Source: Eukaryota sp. TZLM1-RC
Lineage: Eukaryota; Protista; Metamonada: BaSk clade
Assembly (NCBI GenBank): GCA_040285825.1
Contig: JAUPSS010000002.1
Span: 3,658,001 to 3,722,000 of the forward strand
Reading direction: 5' to 3'
DNA: 64,000 nucleotides
Below the pieces are notes generated by a model that did not search any database, had not been told where the DNA came from, and saw only the letters and a program-made list of their open reading frames with translations. Shown one piece after another: positions 1 through 11,079 of this stretch (the stretch's first letter is position 1; each line of letters starts with the position of its first letter). The translations under genes and the position numbers were made by a program.

Positions 1-1003
1 GGGGCTTCAGAGATAGCCCTGGGGATTTTATTAGGTGGACAGAGATATTTCCGCTGCAAAAAATATTCAAATTAAGAAGAAAGCGGAATTGTGGCCCGAA
101 AGATACATTTGCCCAGATGCTCTGTTGAGGAGATGATTGAGGAACCTGAGCATACAGAAACTAAAACTTTTGAGACCGATCTACAGATATTTTAGTAGTA
201 TTTGGTAGATCCACTTAGATACACCAAGTCGCGAGGCTTTGTTCTGTGAAAGCAGTAGGTGTATTTAAGTGAGGTAGCCCAGTGATGAAGATCATGATTG
301 TCTTTGTCGAATGACGCTACATGTCTCTTACAGCCTGGGAGTAGACATTGAGAAAGTTGAAAACGGGAGTGAATTTCACAGGAATGCATGATAAGAGAAA
401 TTCACAGTAGTTTGAGAGAAAATCGTATACTAAAGGATATTCTATCAATTAACAATTTAATTAACAATTTATAGCAGAAACAGACACATTTTAAAACCCA
501 AGAACAAACCCTAAATAAATATAAATAGGTGAATCTAAACCGCTTTCCAAATGATGTTGTTGCTGACTATCAGTAGCAGCAGGAAATTTTTTGAAGTGTA
601 AAAGAATTTTGAAGAGATTCAGCCATTTTGTCCAGAAAATCAAAAATATGGCTGAAATTCGTGAAGTGATTATTTGGTTTGGGAAAAGAGGTGAAGGGCC
701 ATCCCGTCGAAGAGTGAAACACCAAGAAAGCGTTTTCTGAAGTATTTAAAGGCTGGATTTCCAACCGTGAAGGAAGGCGACGAATACTATACAACAACCA
801 AAGTGAACTGTTGCAAAGTTTTCCATGAAGACCTTTAGTTAATACAGAATGGAGAAAGGGAAAAGTCTAAAGCCTATTTTGCATGTCCAGAATGTGGGAT
901 GGTTTGGTCAAGAGATATCTCTGCATCGAGAAACCAGTGGGAGATTGCAGTAAGCGAGTACTTTTTGAACACAAGACCCCCAGCTTTTAGAAGGCCTCAA
1001 TAA
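1..1003 (+). pseudogene. Degenerate Fanzor (TnpB-like RuvC nuclease), 5' part outside the window
   Basis: Motifs across broken frames: ILVVFG(V)DP (RuvC-I, ~190-212, needs a 1-nt indel), EVIIWFGK, EGDEYYTT (RuvC-II, ~773-797), CPECGMVWSRDISASRN (Zn finger/RuvC-III, ~883-935), RPPAF tail. Many stops and frameshifts. Confidence 0.7.
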
Positions 1004-1064
1004 GAGTCTTCAAATCCAACGTATTTTGATCTAAGCCAAGTTTAGACATGTGGATGTGGTTGAA

Positions 1065-3484
1065 TTGGAAATTGAAATTTGAGATAAAGTATTTCCAGTG
1101 AAAACCACAGATATTATTAAAGGAATCAATTCTATCAATTATATATAATATTGCCAAAGGGGAAAGAAGCAGGCCCATCTGGAATTTCTTTTGATCTCTT
1201 AAAAATAGCATGTTCCAGTGCTCCCGAAATTTCTGATGATCTAGCCCACTATTTTCAACAATTGATTGTTTTGAAAATTAATCCTCCATTTGAATTACTC
1301 GCAACACGTCTGATTGCTTTAGTAAAGCCTGGAAACGGAATCAAACCTGATGGAATACGCCCAATTGCTGTTGGTGAATCTCTTTCTCGTTTGCCAGCAT
1401 CAATTGTCTTCGATCGTGTCAAAGACAAAGCTTATACATTTTTGAATCCTCATCAATTTGGAATCAAAACAATTGATGGTGCTTCTGTTGCTGCTATTGC
1501 CTCTGATATCTTTTTTAATGCAGAGGAAAATAATTTTATTTTTAATCTCGACTTTAAAAATGCTTTTAATTCTGTAAAGCGAGAAGCAATTTTTTGAAGT
1601 TATTAAATCTGATTTTCCTGAGCTATCGAGTTTTTTCTACCATTTTTCTGGGAAAGAATCAGATTTAATTTTTAATTCATTTGGTCTTAAATCATCTTCT
1701 GGAGTGAAGCAGGGAGATCCTTTAGGCCCATTATTGTTTTGTTTAGCTATTCACAAAACTTTAAATATCATTAAGCAAAAATACCCTTCTATAAAAATAG
1801 TTGCTTATATGGATGATATATCCTTGATTGGTTCATTTGATTTACTAGAATTGGTTGCTCAAGAAATTGCCGATTCATATGAAAATATTGGGCTTCATCT
1901 TAATGCCAGCAAATGCCTTCTGATTGGCTCTTCTGCTCAAGATCTTGTGAAAAACGATTCTATTGTCCCTTTTACTAATTATAGTAGTGATGCTTTTAAG
2001 TTCCTTGGTTGTTGGTTAGAAAACGTGCCTCAAATTCAGAAGGAATTACAAGTTATTTTGGAGAAAATGAAAATTGAACTTGATTCAATTTCTTCTTCTG
2101 ATCTAGAAAAACATATTAAATTTTTCATGCTTAAAATTTGCTACACTGTGAGAATAACCCACATTTTGATACCTTGTGCTCCTTCCATAGCATTAGATTT
2201 TTGTCGTTCCTTTAATTCATTGAGAACAGAATTTTTTGCTGATTTATTGGATGTGGAACCAGGAATGTTGAAAAGTCACTTATTTTTTTACCAAATTTGG
2301 GTGGTATTGGATTTACTAAATCTTCAATTTTGTGTCAAACAGCATTTTTGGGTGGAGAAAAGAATTTTATTTATGAATTTTCTCGTAGATTTCCTGATGA
2401 TTCTCATCTGTTAGTTCCCGTTTGCAGTCCATATTTGTATGAGTTATCTTGTGAACTTGAAAAATTGCCACCACAAATTTGGACCAAATGTTTTCCTCAA
2501 TCAATTCAAGAAATTCCAAACCGATCTCTTTTTAATTTACAGTTTTGCTGTAAAAAGCTTCAACAAAAATTGTCAAAGATTTTTGAAAGCTTGGATTTTG
2601 ATGTTAGTTTTGGCTTGGCCAAGAAACAGAATTTCGCTTCTACAAATCTTTTACAAGATATGTGTGATAGTACTTCTTCTGCCTTAGTAACAACAATTCC
2701 ACAAGTTTATGGTACTCTCTTAACCGATTCTGCTTGGACTTTGAATATGAGAATTCGTTCCTTTATCTGGCCTGATAATTTACCTCATAATTTAATTTAT
2801 AAATGTTCTCGAGAAATTACAATTACTCATTTGTGCAATTTTTAACATTTTATTACTTTCAGAAGCAAGGTTCATGATGCTGTAAGAGACCAGTTATATT
2901 GTATGTGTAAGTCTCATAGAATTTAATCCTTTTGGAACCTCTGTTGTCAAATCTGTTTGATGCTGAAGATGATTTTCATAAGAATGATAGAGGTGATGTT
3001 ATATTACCTGGATGAGATGGAAGTTTCATTTTATTGAATGTAATGTCTGTTGATCCTTGTAATGCCTCAAATGAAAGGCTAGATAATTCTGAAATTCATA
3101 ATCCCCTTTCAAATGCTGAAAATTTTAAATTCAAAAAATACAATGAACCTTTGTCCAAATTGACCAGTCTACAGCATGCAAAATACAATTTGTATCCATT
3201 TGTATTTTCCCTTTTTGGTTCACTTGCACCAACTGCTTTACGTTTTTTGGATGATTTTGAAATGATTGTAAAGAGAAGAACTGGCAGAAATTTCAACACA
3301 TTGTTTTGGCAAAATAGAATTGTGTTTTCTATTTTTAAGGGAATGTTGAAGATGGTTTCTGATGCTTTTCTTTCTCTTGGATCTCACTATGAGAGAGTTG
3401 CATCTAGTGTTTTTGTTTTGGGAGAGATGGATTTTTTAGATGTTGATTTATAGGTTTAGAATAAAATTAAATTTTAAAAAAAAA
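1065..3484 (+). mobile_element. RLE-type (CRE/SLACS-like) non-LTR retrotransposon, family 1, 5'-truncated and disrupted
   Basis: RT motifs AGPSG, RPIAVGE, LDFKNAFN, KQGDPLGP, AYMDD. RLE region HDAVRD...DRGDV...KFKKY...PFVFSLFG. Stop at 3453, then AATAAA and an A-tract at 3476-3484. Co-linear with the 11.3-14.5 kb copy. Confidence 0.92.
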
Positions 3485-3500
3485 TTCTATCAAAAATACA

Positions 3501-5618
3501 ATGCGTACAGCTATTGCCTCAAGACAATCTACTACAGCAAATGGAGTAGCTAGGCCCATGACAGCTGTCCGTGGGGCTGGATACTCTTCTGTTCCTAAAT
3601 CCCGAGCAGGTCTTTCCTCTGCTATGGGTAGCGGCTTCAAATCCTCCGTAGGCGTTGGAGGTACTTCTTTCAATCCCTTCAATATGGAACCCCAATCTGA
3701 AGAATCTTCCACTACCAAACAGGAACGTGACATTGATGCTTTGATCTATGAGAGTGCCAAACTTACCGAATCTTCTGATCACCTAAAAGCCCTAGAAAAA
3801 GCTAAGGAAGCAGCCAAACTAGAACGCTCCCTCTCTCAATCAAAAGAACGTGTAGGTCAAGGAGATTCCGTCAATATTGACCTCACCTACACTGTCCTCT
3901 TCAACCTGGCCAACTGCTATGAGAAAGCTGAATTGTACCACGAAGCTTTACAAACGTACAACCAAATCATTGATAACAAAAGATATGCACATGCCACCAG
4001 ACTTAAAGTCAATATTGGTAACATTTACTACAAACAAGAAGATTTTGAAATGGCTGTGCGGTGTTATAGAATGGCTCTTGACCAAGTTTCGAGTTTGTGT
4101 AAGTCAGTGAGACTACACATCATGCGGACTATTGGAATAACTTTTATTAAAATGAATCGTTGGAGTGACGCAGTAGAAGCTTTCGACAGTGTTTTGGACG
4201 AGGGAATTGACGTATCTGCTTGTTATAATCTTTGTGTCTGTCATTATGCTCTAGGTAATTTTGATCTTTTAAAGGAAAGTTTTATTAAACTAATAACAAT
4301 TCCGGAGAGTTACAGTCCGGAGAAGCAGATATTAGAAGCAGCGAGGTTGGTGGTTACGATTGAGCTGCAGGATTATTACCAGACAGATGTATTTATAGAG
4401 GGTTTGGATTTTGTTATTTCAGAATTGGAAAAAGGAAACTGGAAAGAATTATCAGGGTTATTAACTCTTGAAAAGGCAACTGAGTTGATGAAAGCCGGTC
4501 GAATTGATGATGCTGTCGATATTCTCAAAAAGTTTGAAAAATTAGATGACTCTGTTCGAATATTGGCATACACAAATCTTTCTTTCGTACAATACTACCT
4601 TGGCGACACTGAATCTGCTTTATCATACGCTCAGCAAGCCGTTGATGTTGACCCTTACAACATTGGATCCCTCGTCAACCTCTCTGCTGTCTATCTCAGT
4701 AAGGGAGAGTATGAGCTGGCCCGGGACGCAGCAGTCAGAGGCTTGAGAGTTGATGTTCGCTGTTTTGAAGCCATGTATAACCTTGCGTTATCATTATATG
4801 GGTTAGGGCACACTGAGGACGCTCTTCGTGCCTTTAAAAAGCTTCACTCAACCCACCCAGACAGCGCTGACGTTATATGGATGGTATCTGTCCTGAACGA
4901 GAGATCTGGTGAGATTGATGATTGCATCAAGTGGTTCAACTTCCTTCTTGCAAGGAGCCCGACTGACATAGGAGCTTTGAGAAGAGTAGCTGAGATACTG
5001 GAGGACGAAGGAGATGAAACAACAAGTTTGCATTTGTATCAAGAAGCCTTTAGGTATTTCCCGGTTGATATTGATATTGTTTCAAAGCTGGCTGCGTACT
5101 GCGTGCAGCATGAGCTTTACGAAAAAGCTCTTGAACTATTCCATCGAGCTTCAGAGGTACAACCTCAGAAAACTGATTGGAAATTAATGATTGGAATGTG
5201 TAGGCGTAGGATGGGGGAGTACCAGAAGGCATTAAAGGTTTATTTGGAAGTTATCGAAGTGGAGCCTGAGAACAAGAAGTGTTTGAAATATTTAATTCAG
5301 TTGTACTCTGATTTGGAAATGAATGATGAATATGAGGAGTATTCAGCAAAATTGCAAGCTTTGTCCAATGCAGAGGGAAGAAGAAGTGCTAGGACTGCAC
5401 GTTCTGCCAGATCATCACGGTCGCAAATCACGTCAGCAATCACGTCATCGCGGCAGAATGACTCGTCATCAAGAAGTTCAAAAGTACCACAGTCGGCACA
5501 GAGCGTGACGTTGCCAACAGTGGAGATGGAAGAAGTCAAAGAAAGAAGAGAAGAAAAGGAGGAAGAAGATGACGATTGGAATAACATTGAATTAACAGAT
5601 GACATGTTACCAATGTAG
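3501..5618 (+). CDS. IFT88: Intraflagellar transport protein 88 (TPR protein)
   Basis: Hallmark N-terminal ARPMTAVRGAGYS, NIDLTYTVLFNLAN and RLKVNIGNIY motifs, many TPRs, acidic C-terminus ELTDDMLP. Intronless 705-aa ORF. Confidence 0.95.
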   Translation: MRTAIASRQSTTANGVARPMTAVRGAGYSSVPKSRAGLSSAMGSGFKSSVGVGGTSFNPFNMEPQSEESSTTKQERDIDALIYESAKLTESSDHLKALEKAKEAAKLERSLSQSKERVGQGDSVNIDLTYTVLFNLANCYEKAELYHEALQTYNQIIDNKRYAHATRLKVNIGNIYYKQEDFEMAVRCYRMALDQVSSLCKSVRLHIMRTIGITFIKMNRWSDAVEAFDSVLDEGIDVSACYNLCVCHYALGNFDLLKESFIKLITIPESYSPEKQILEAARLVVTIELQDYYQTDVFIEGLDFVISELEKGNWKELSGLLTLEKATELMKAGRIDDAVDILKKFEKLDDSVRILAYTNLSFVQYYLGDTESALSYAQQAVDVDPYNIGSLVNLSAVYLSKGEYELARDAAVRGLRVDVRCFEAMYNLALSLYGLGHTEDALRAFKKLHSTHPDSADVIWMVSVLNERSGEIDDCIKWFNFLLARSPTDIGALRRVAEILEDEGDETTSLHLYQEAFRYFPVDIDIVSKLAAYCVQHELYEKALELFHRASEVQPQKTDWKLMIGMCRRRMGEYQKALKVYLEVIEVEPENKKCLKYLIQLYSDLEMNDEYEEYSAKLQALSNAEGRRSARTARSARSSRSQITSAITSSRQNDSSSRSSKVPQSAQSVTLPTVEMEEVKERREEKEEEDDDWNNIELTDDMLPM

Positions 5619-5809
5619 ATTATATTTTCATTTTTATTGTATTATATTCTTTTTTTTTCATTTTTGACTTTAATACGTTATAAATGTGAACTAATTATGT
5701 GAGTTTATTATAAATTTTTAAATTTTTTCTAAATAAACATCCTCTTTACAGCAACGTTTGTCAATAAATGTCATTCTTGCAAATTTTTTTATACCATGCG
5801 GGCATCAGG

Positions 5810-5920
5810 CTAAAAAAATTAAAAAGCTAAAAAATTAAAAAGCTAAAAAAAATTAAAAAGCTAAAAAATTAAAAAGCTAAAAAATTAAAAAGCTAAAAAA
5901 TTAAAAAGCTAAAAAATTAA
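5810..5920. repeat. Tandem repeat, about 7 copies of the 16-bp unit CTAAAAAATTAAAAAG
   Basis: Directly visible; copies differ only in A-run length. Confidence 0.9.
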
Positions 5921-6647
5921 GAAATTAGTCTTGGGATACAAAAGGTGCATTTAACGATTTTAGTTTACCAAAATCAAACGGTATCATTGTAATTATTCCA
6001 AAGTAAAACTGAGTCCATTGCGATTCAAAAGACGCTTGCTGGGCGGCGTATTTGAAACGTTTGATTTTGAAATGCAAACTATATATTATTTTGTCCTTAG
6101 AATATTCACTGGTGGTGCTGGCAAATTGTACACATCACAGTTGGGGTATTGTTGGGACACTAGAAGTTAGTTCAAAAAGGATTAAGAAATTGATTCGACG
6201 ATAAAAGTCACTATACCAACTTGGAATTTGGGTTGCAAATGTGAATTTTCTGGCTTAAATCAATTAGCAGGGAAAATAAGTCTGCAACGACAGAAATATT
6301 CTTGGCAAAACTTCTTGTTCTCTTTCAATCGTATTGACTCTGTTAAATTTCATTGCATCATGCGCATTGACCATCAGCACGAAGCACAGAGCCTGTCACA
6401 CTTACCTTTCTTGGTGCATACTAATCCAATACATTCAACACTTAAACAAAAATAATATGGGTGCATGATTGAACAGTCGTTGCTCAAATCTGTTTTTATT
6501 TCTGTTTTTGGCAATCTTGGTCCCTCGGGAATGCACTTCTTGGAAAAGTTCAAGACCGTGAAAACTAAAATTGCGTAGCAAATTGTATACCTCTTTCTGG
6601 TTGAATAGAATTGTTGAGAACACCATCGAGCCCTGGAGCTACTAAAT

Positions 6648-7400
6648 CTATCCTTCTTTACCAATAGAATCGTCAGTTTGATCTGGAGATAGCTCACGTA
6701 CTAACGGTTCAATTAATGTTTCAATATTGAAACTTTTACACATAAGATATTGTTGTTCACGTATCGAATGATGAAGAATTGTGCGATAGGTAATAAAATA
6801 TTTGCAGTTTAAAATATGGGAAATCGTAACCACAGACTTACAGTGACAAATTGAATCATTTAGCAACGAACAAGGCCACAAAAACATCTCATTCCCACAG
6901 GAGTAATCCATTTATGATCATTGAATAGAAGTCCATAAATGTTGGGAACTTGGGAGTTGAGGCAACTTGAGCTACTGTCTTTAAGATCAATCAAAAAGTT
7001 AGCAAAAACGTTGTTTTTTCATTAGCCAAGCTAAGACGTACAAAATAATCCAAGTTTTTTAAAACTTTTGATGATTTTTTTCTGCAATTTTTCAAAAGTC
7101 AGTGGTAAGGAGAGCAAGCTCTTGAACAAAGTTCTACAATATCAGAAGGAAAAGATTCAGACCAGATATTTGGTGAGAGAGAATCAATTTTTTGTGGTAA
7201 AGGAATAAGATAAGAGCTGCCACAATTTTCAATAAGATCAATTTTGTTTGGAAAGCGATTTACAAATGCAAAGATAACAATTTTTACCACCTTCAATAAA
7301 TACAGCTTTACAAAGATAGCTTGATTTATGAAAATCAACACCACCAAAATTTGTACCACAAACAATGTGGTTATTGAGATGCAACAATTTCTATTAGTTT
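6648..7400 (-). mobile_element. RLE non-LTR retrotransposon fragment (family 1-like)
   Basis: WPC...CHCKSVVTISHILNC...LHHSIREQ...IEPL Zn knuckle/RLE region; upstream FAFVNRFP...LSPNIWSESFP matches the full-length copy. Confidence 0.85.
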
Positions 7401-7429
7401 AGCTAAAAAATTGGGCCTTTGTTCATTGA

Positions 7430-8185
7430 AAATGCGTCAAAACTCCAAAAAATAAATTGAAGGTGATGTTGATCTCAAAATAAGAGTAAACTTTTCAGAA
7501 TAACAAACCCTAAGGAAAAAGTTTAAAATGTATTTCAATATTGAGTTTCTCAATTGATTCTAATTCATTTCCAAATTGAGTCAACATATTCGAAAGTTGG
7601 CTTTTGAAGTGATTTTATTGCCATCGGCTCAAATGGAGGCTTCACCATATCAGATACATGTATGTCCCTTGTAATTTTTTCTGATGAACATTTCATTAAC
7701 TCTGATGTCAAAAGCCCTCTTCTTGCTGGGGAAAAATACAAAATTGCAAAATACGCGAAACCTATTTCCTCGATTAATGAAAATTCTCATGTCCAATATA
7801 ATTTATGTCCCTTAGTCTTTTCCATGCTCGGATCTTTGGGCAAGGCTGCTTTGGCTTTCCTTAAGGATTTCAAGGTAGTTGTAAAGGAAAGAACTGGAAG
7901 AATTTTCAATCGTGTTTACTGGCAAAACAGGATTGTATTTTCTATTTATAAGAGAATAGTTCTTTGGACTATTAATTGAATTTGCACATTTGATTAAATT
8001 AACTCAATACTAATGGGACGACTATCAAAAGGAATAGTGAAATTAATTTCTGATTCACTTTCTTCTTTTGGTAAATTTTCTATATCTCTGGTGATTAGCT
8101 ATTTCGATGTAGGGGAGGCAGGTTTTGAGGATGTGGAGCTTTAGTTGTGTTTTTCTTGTTTTTTATTCCTTTTCCGATAAATAAA
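7430..8185 (+). mobile_element. RLE non-LTR retrotransposon fragments including the 3' end (family 1)
   Basis: SPLLAGEKYKIAKY...YNLCPLVFSMLGSLG...YWQNRIVFSI; C-terminus GFEDVEL* at 8143 followed by AATAAA. Confidence 0.85.
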
Positions 8186-8301
8186 TAAGCAATGGAATTC
8201 AAAATGGAACTCAAAAGTGTTTGAACTCAACAGATCTCTTCCAAACCCTATACGGTATAGGCTATACCATATCTTTTTCACAGCTTTTGAGTTTCCAGAT
8301 C

Positions 8302-9165
8302 ATGTCGGACGAGGACTATAAACTTTATGAAGCGCAGTTACATGATGGGTCAAACTCTGATTCAGACGACATTGTTGTACATCATCTTTCTGCAGCTGAT
8401 GCTAAACTCAAAGCAATCACCCATGATTCTCACAACGACAGTAATAGTTATGACTCTGAAGATTGGGTTACTGACTCAGCAGAAGACTCTGAATTAGACG
8501 ACATATCTCCAGACACCCCCACCTTCCATTCCTCACGGCTACTTTCTAATCTCAACCGGTACTTCTCCACTGCCCACATGTCTACCAAATGTCACCGTTG
8601 TGGAGGCTTTGGTCATCTTATAGCTGAATGTCCATACACCCCAGCTTCAGGATGTTTCACATGTGGAAGGAGTGGTCACATGGCAAGGAATTGTCCATTT
8701 AAGCCAGAAACATCTACCCTCTTTAATAAACTCTTTTGCTACAAATGCGGTCAATCCCACCCCCCAAATCTATGTCACTTTGATTTGGATCCTTCTTGTG
8801 GGGTTTGCTATGGTAATCATAGATCATGGCATTGCTCGCAGGGAAAAGAGCTGGCACGCAAATTAGTCTGTATTTGCTGTGGAGGCAGGGGTCATGTATT
8901 AAGAGAATGTCAGTCTAATATAGGACAAACTACTAATTCTTTAGCTTGGAATATGAAAACTTTCAGAAAAAGGGCAGATGACCATTACAGTCAGAGGTCC
9001 CATCATCAATCAAATCATCGCCCAAATTATCAATCATTTGATAGGTCACGTGATCGGTCACGTGATAATGGGCGGTTTAGGCCCCGTGAATATTCAGATA
9101 AAAATTATAATACTCGTTTGAGAAGTAGAGGAGAAGGGCAAAGTAAAAGAATAAGATTTGGCTAA
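8302..9165 (+). CDS. Multi-CCHC zinc-knuckle protein, AIR1/AIR2/ZCCHC7-like (TRAMP subunit)
   Basis: Acidic N-terminus, NRYF motif before about 5 CX2CX3-4HX4C knuckles, RS/RD-rich tail. First ATG is at 8302 (the ORF-track start at 8221 is TTG). Confidence 0.7.
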   Translation: MSDEDYKLYEAQLHDGSNSDSDDIVVHHLSAADAKLKAITHDSHNDSNSYDSEDWVTDSAEDSELDDISPDTPTFHSSRLLSNLNRYFSTAHMSTKCHRCGGFGHLIAECPYTPASGCFTCGRSGHMARNCPFKPETSTLFNKLFCYKCGQSHPPNLCHFDLDPSCGVCYGNHRSWHCSQGKELARKLVCICCGGRGHVLRECQSNIGQTTNSLAWNMKTFRKRADDHYSQRSHHQSNHRPNYQSFDRSRDRSRDNGRFRPREYSDKNYNTRLRSRGEGQSKRIRFG

Positions 9166-9299
9166 TTTCTGTTTTCTTTTTTTATGAAGACGTTTTAATT
9201 TATTTTCTGTGTTTGAATTTTTTGTTCTAGTTTTTTTAGGTTTTTTAGTTTTTAAGCTTCAATACATTAAAACTTATTGGATGTTTGTAATGTCTTAGT

Positions 9300-9900
9300 A
9301 AATTACGAAGTTGATGCTGTTAAAGACACTGTTTTTAATATGGCAAGAAGTGCAAGAATCTCATGTATTGAAGAGCCTTTGCTGAGAGAAACATTGTCAT
9401 TAAGCAAACTTGGTTCCGATGACAGAGGAGGATATTTACTGTGATTGGATTGAGAACTCTGAAGTTGTTGTTGACTTTGTATCCTGCATTGTTGCAAATG
9501 ACGCTTTGGTTCATAGAAGGAAACTTAATGCTGTAAGTGCGCTTGAATTTTAAGCTAAAGAAAAACATAGAAAATATGACAAAGATATCGGAGAAGCTAA
9601 TGCTAATAGAAACAGACCATTTGTTCTTTATTGTTTTCCTATTTTCTATAAACGGAAGCAGAAACTTTTTTGAAATTCTGAATATTGGTTCGGAAAAAAT
9701 GAAGAGTTAATGATATCTTTTTGTGGTGGTTGCTAATATCATTTGCTATAATTAATAGATTACCTCGGTTCTATTATCGAAATAGGAAGCAATGGTGAGA
9801 AAACAAGCAGATCAAAATTTTGTAGAGGGAATCTTGGTTCAATGAATTTATTCCCATTAGTTATGAGTTTATTTTGTTAAGTGTAAAAGTTGAATAAAAC
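9300..9900 (+). mobile_element. RLE non-LTR retrotransposon 3' fragment (family 2)
   Basis: Degenerate DAVKDTVFNMARSARISCIEEPLL...DDRGGY...KEKHRKYDKDI; homologous to 18.5-19.1 kb. Confidence 0.85.
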
Positions 9901-9944
9901 TTTTATTAATCAAAACTTATCGCATCTCTTGATACCTAACAGTT

Positions 9945-10210
9945 TATCTCATTCTGAAGTTCATAATTATTGTTTCAAGTGCTGAAACTTTCAAAATCAA
10001 AAAATATAATGGACCATTGTCCAAATTGTGCAGTCAACAGCATGCAAAATACAATTTGTATTCATTTGTATTTTCTCTATTTGGTTCCTCCCACGGCTTT
10101 ACATTTTTCAGCATATTCAGAAACAATTGTTGAGAAACAGACCAATAGAAATTTCAACACAGTTTTTATTTTACAAGAAAAACTATTTCACTGTTTAATG
10201 TTTTTAATTA
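9945..10210 (+). mobile_element. RLE non-LTR retrotransposon 3' remnant (family 1)
   Basis: Nucleotide similarity to 3085-3330 (tctgaagttcataat...caagtgctgaaactttcaaa...cagcatgcaaaatacaatttgtat). Confidence 0.75.
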
Positions 10211-10425
10211 ATTGAACAGTGGTTAATAATCCTTCCCAATCGACAGGTCCTTAAGAAAACACACAAATCACATCCACCAACCAATGCACAAGAAGAAGGC
10301 TGACAACATTAAAATTGATTGATTGATTGATTAGGAATCTGTGACACAACAAAAATCAATTGTTAAATAATTTTATTGTAATTTTTAATAACATATGTAC
10401 AAAACCAACTTGGTTGGGGTTGGGG

Positions 10426-10986
10426 TTAAGGTGAATAACCCTTTTTTATACCCTTTTCTTTATTATCCGTGTCTTCTCCATGTCTAAACGACTCTGAAAA
10501 GTGGTTTGAATTTGAAAACGAAGGTGAACCATTGACCAGTAGCAATGGTTGCCACCGAGGACTTTTTTGTGGAACAAAGACCCTCCTTTGTTTAGCTGGA
10601 TTAGAATGTGCAGTAACTGGCCTTTTGGGCTGAGGAGTTGATGGTAACGGGTTGCTTTGTCTACGTATAAATGAGGGATTGGCAGAATTTGGCCTTTGTT
10701 GATGATTACTGTTAGGGTTGCGGTTATGTTCAGGAGAAGGTATGTTCAGGGGTGGAACAGCTGTATGAGGCCTTCTCGATAAAGGAAAAGAGGTTTTGGA
10801 AACAACTGATCGGCGATTGGGACTATTACAACTAGTTCCTGTAACACCATCGGTAGGTAGCAAAGGAGCTGTGTATTCATGATTGCGATATAAATTGGGG
10901 ATTGGAGTAGTTTTTCGTGGACGTACCCTCATTTTGAGGACCTGCGGAGGCACGTAATAGTCTCCACCAATGAAGTAAGTGTGCAT
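10426..10986 (-). CDS. Hypothetical Pro/Ser/Arg-rich protein
   Basis: 186-aa ORF with host-like GC content; repeated RPHTA/RPNSA/RPVTA motifs. Confidence 0.65.
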   Translation of the reverse strand: MHTYFIGGDYYVPPQVLKMRVRPRKTTPIPNLYRNHEYTAPLLPTDGVTGTSCNSPNRRSVVSKTSFPLSRRPHTAVPPLNIPSPEHNRNPNSNHQQRPNSANPSFIRRQSNPLPSTPQPKRPVTAHSNPAKQRRVFVPQKSPRWQPLLLVNGSPSFSNSNHFSESFRHGEDTDNKEKGIKKGYSP

Positions 10987-11079
10987 CGATGGGAGAATCC
11001 TTATTGACAGTCAATCAATTAGCGCGGATTTAATAATGTATGTTTTGAATCAGTTTTTTTCAATTCATCCACTCAAAAA

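Noticed and set aside
5810-5920. CRISPR-like array
   Set aside because: The units are head-to-tail with no spacers, in a eukaryotic context; this is a simple minisatellite.
8302-9165. Retroelement Gag because of CCHC knuckles
   Set aside because: No adjacent pol or LTR; the acidic N-terminus, RYF motif and five knuckles fit a cellular AIR1/ZCCHC7-type protein.
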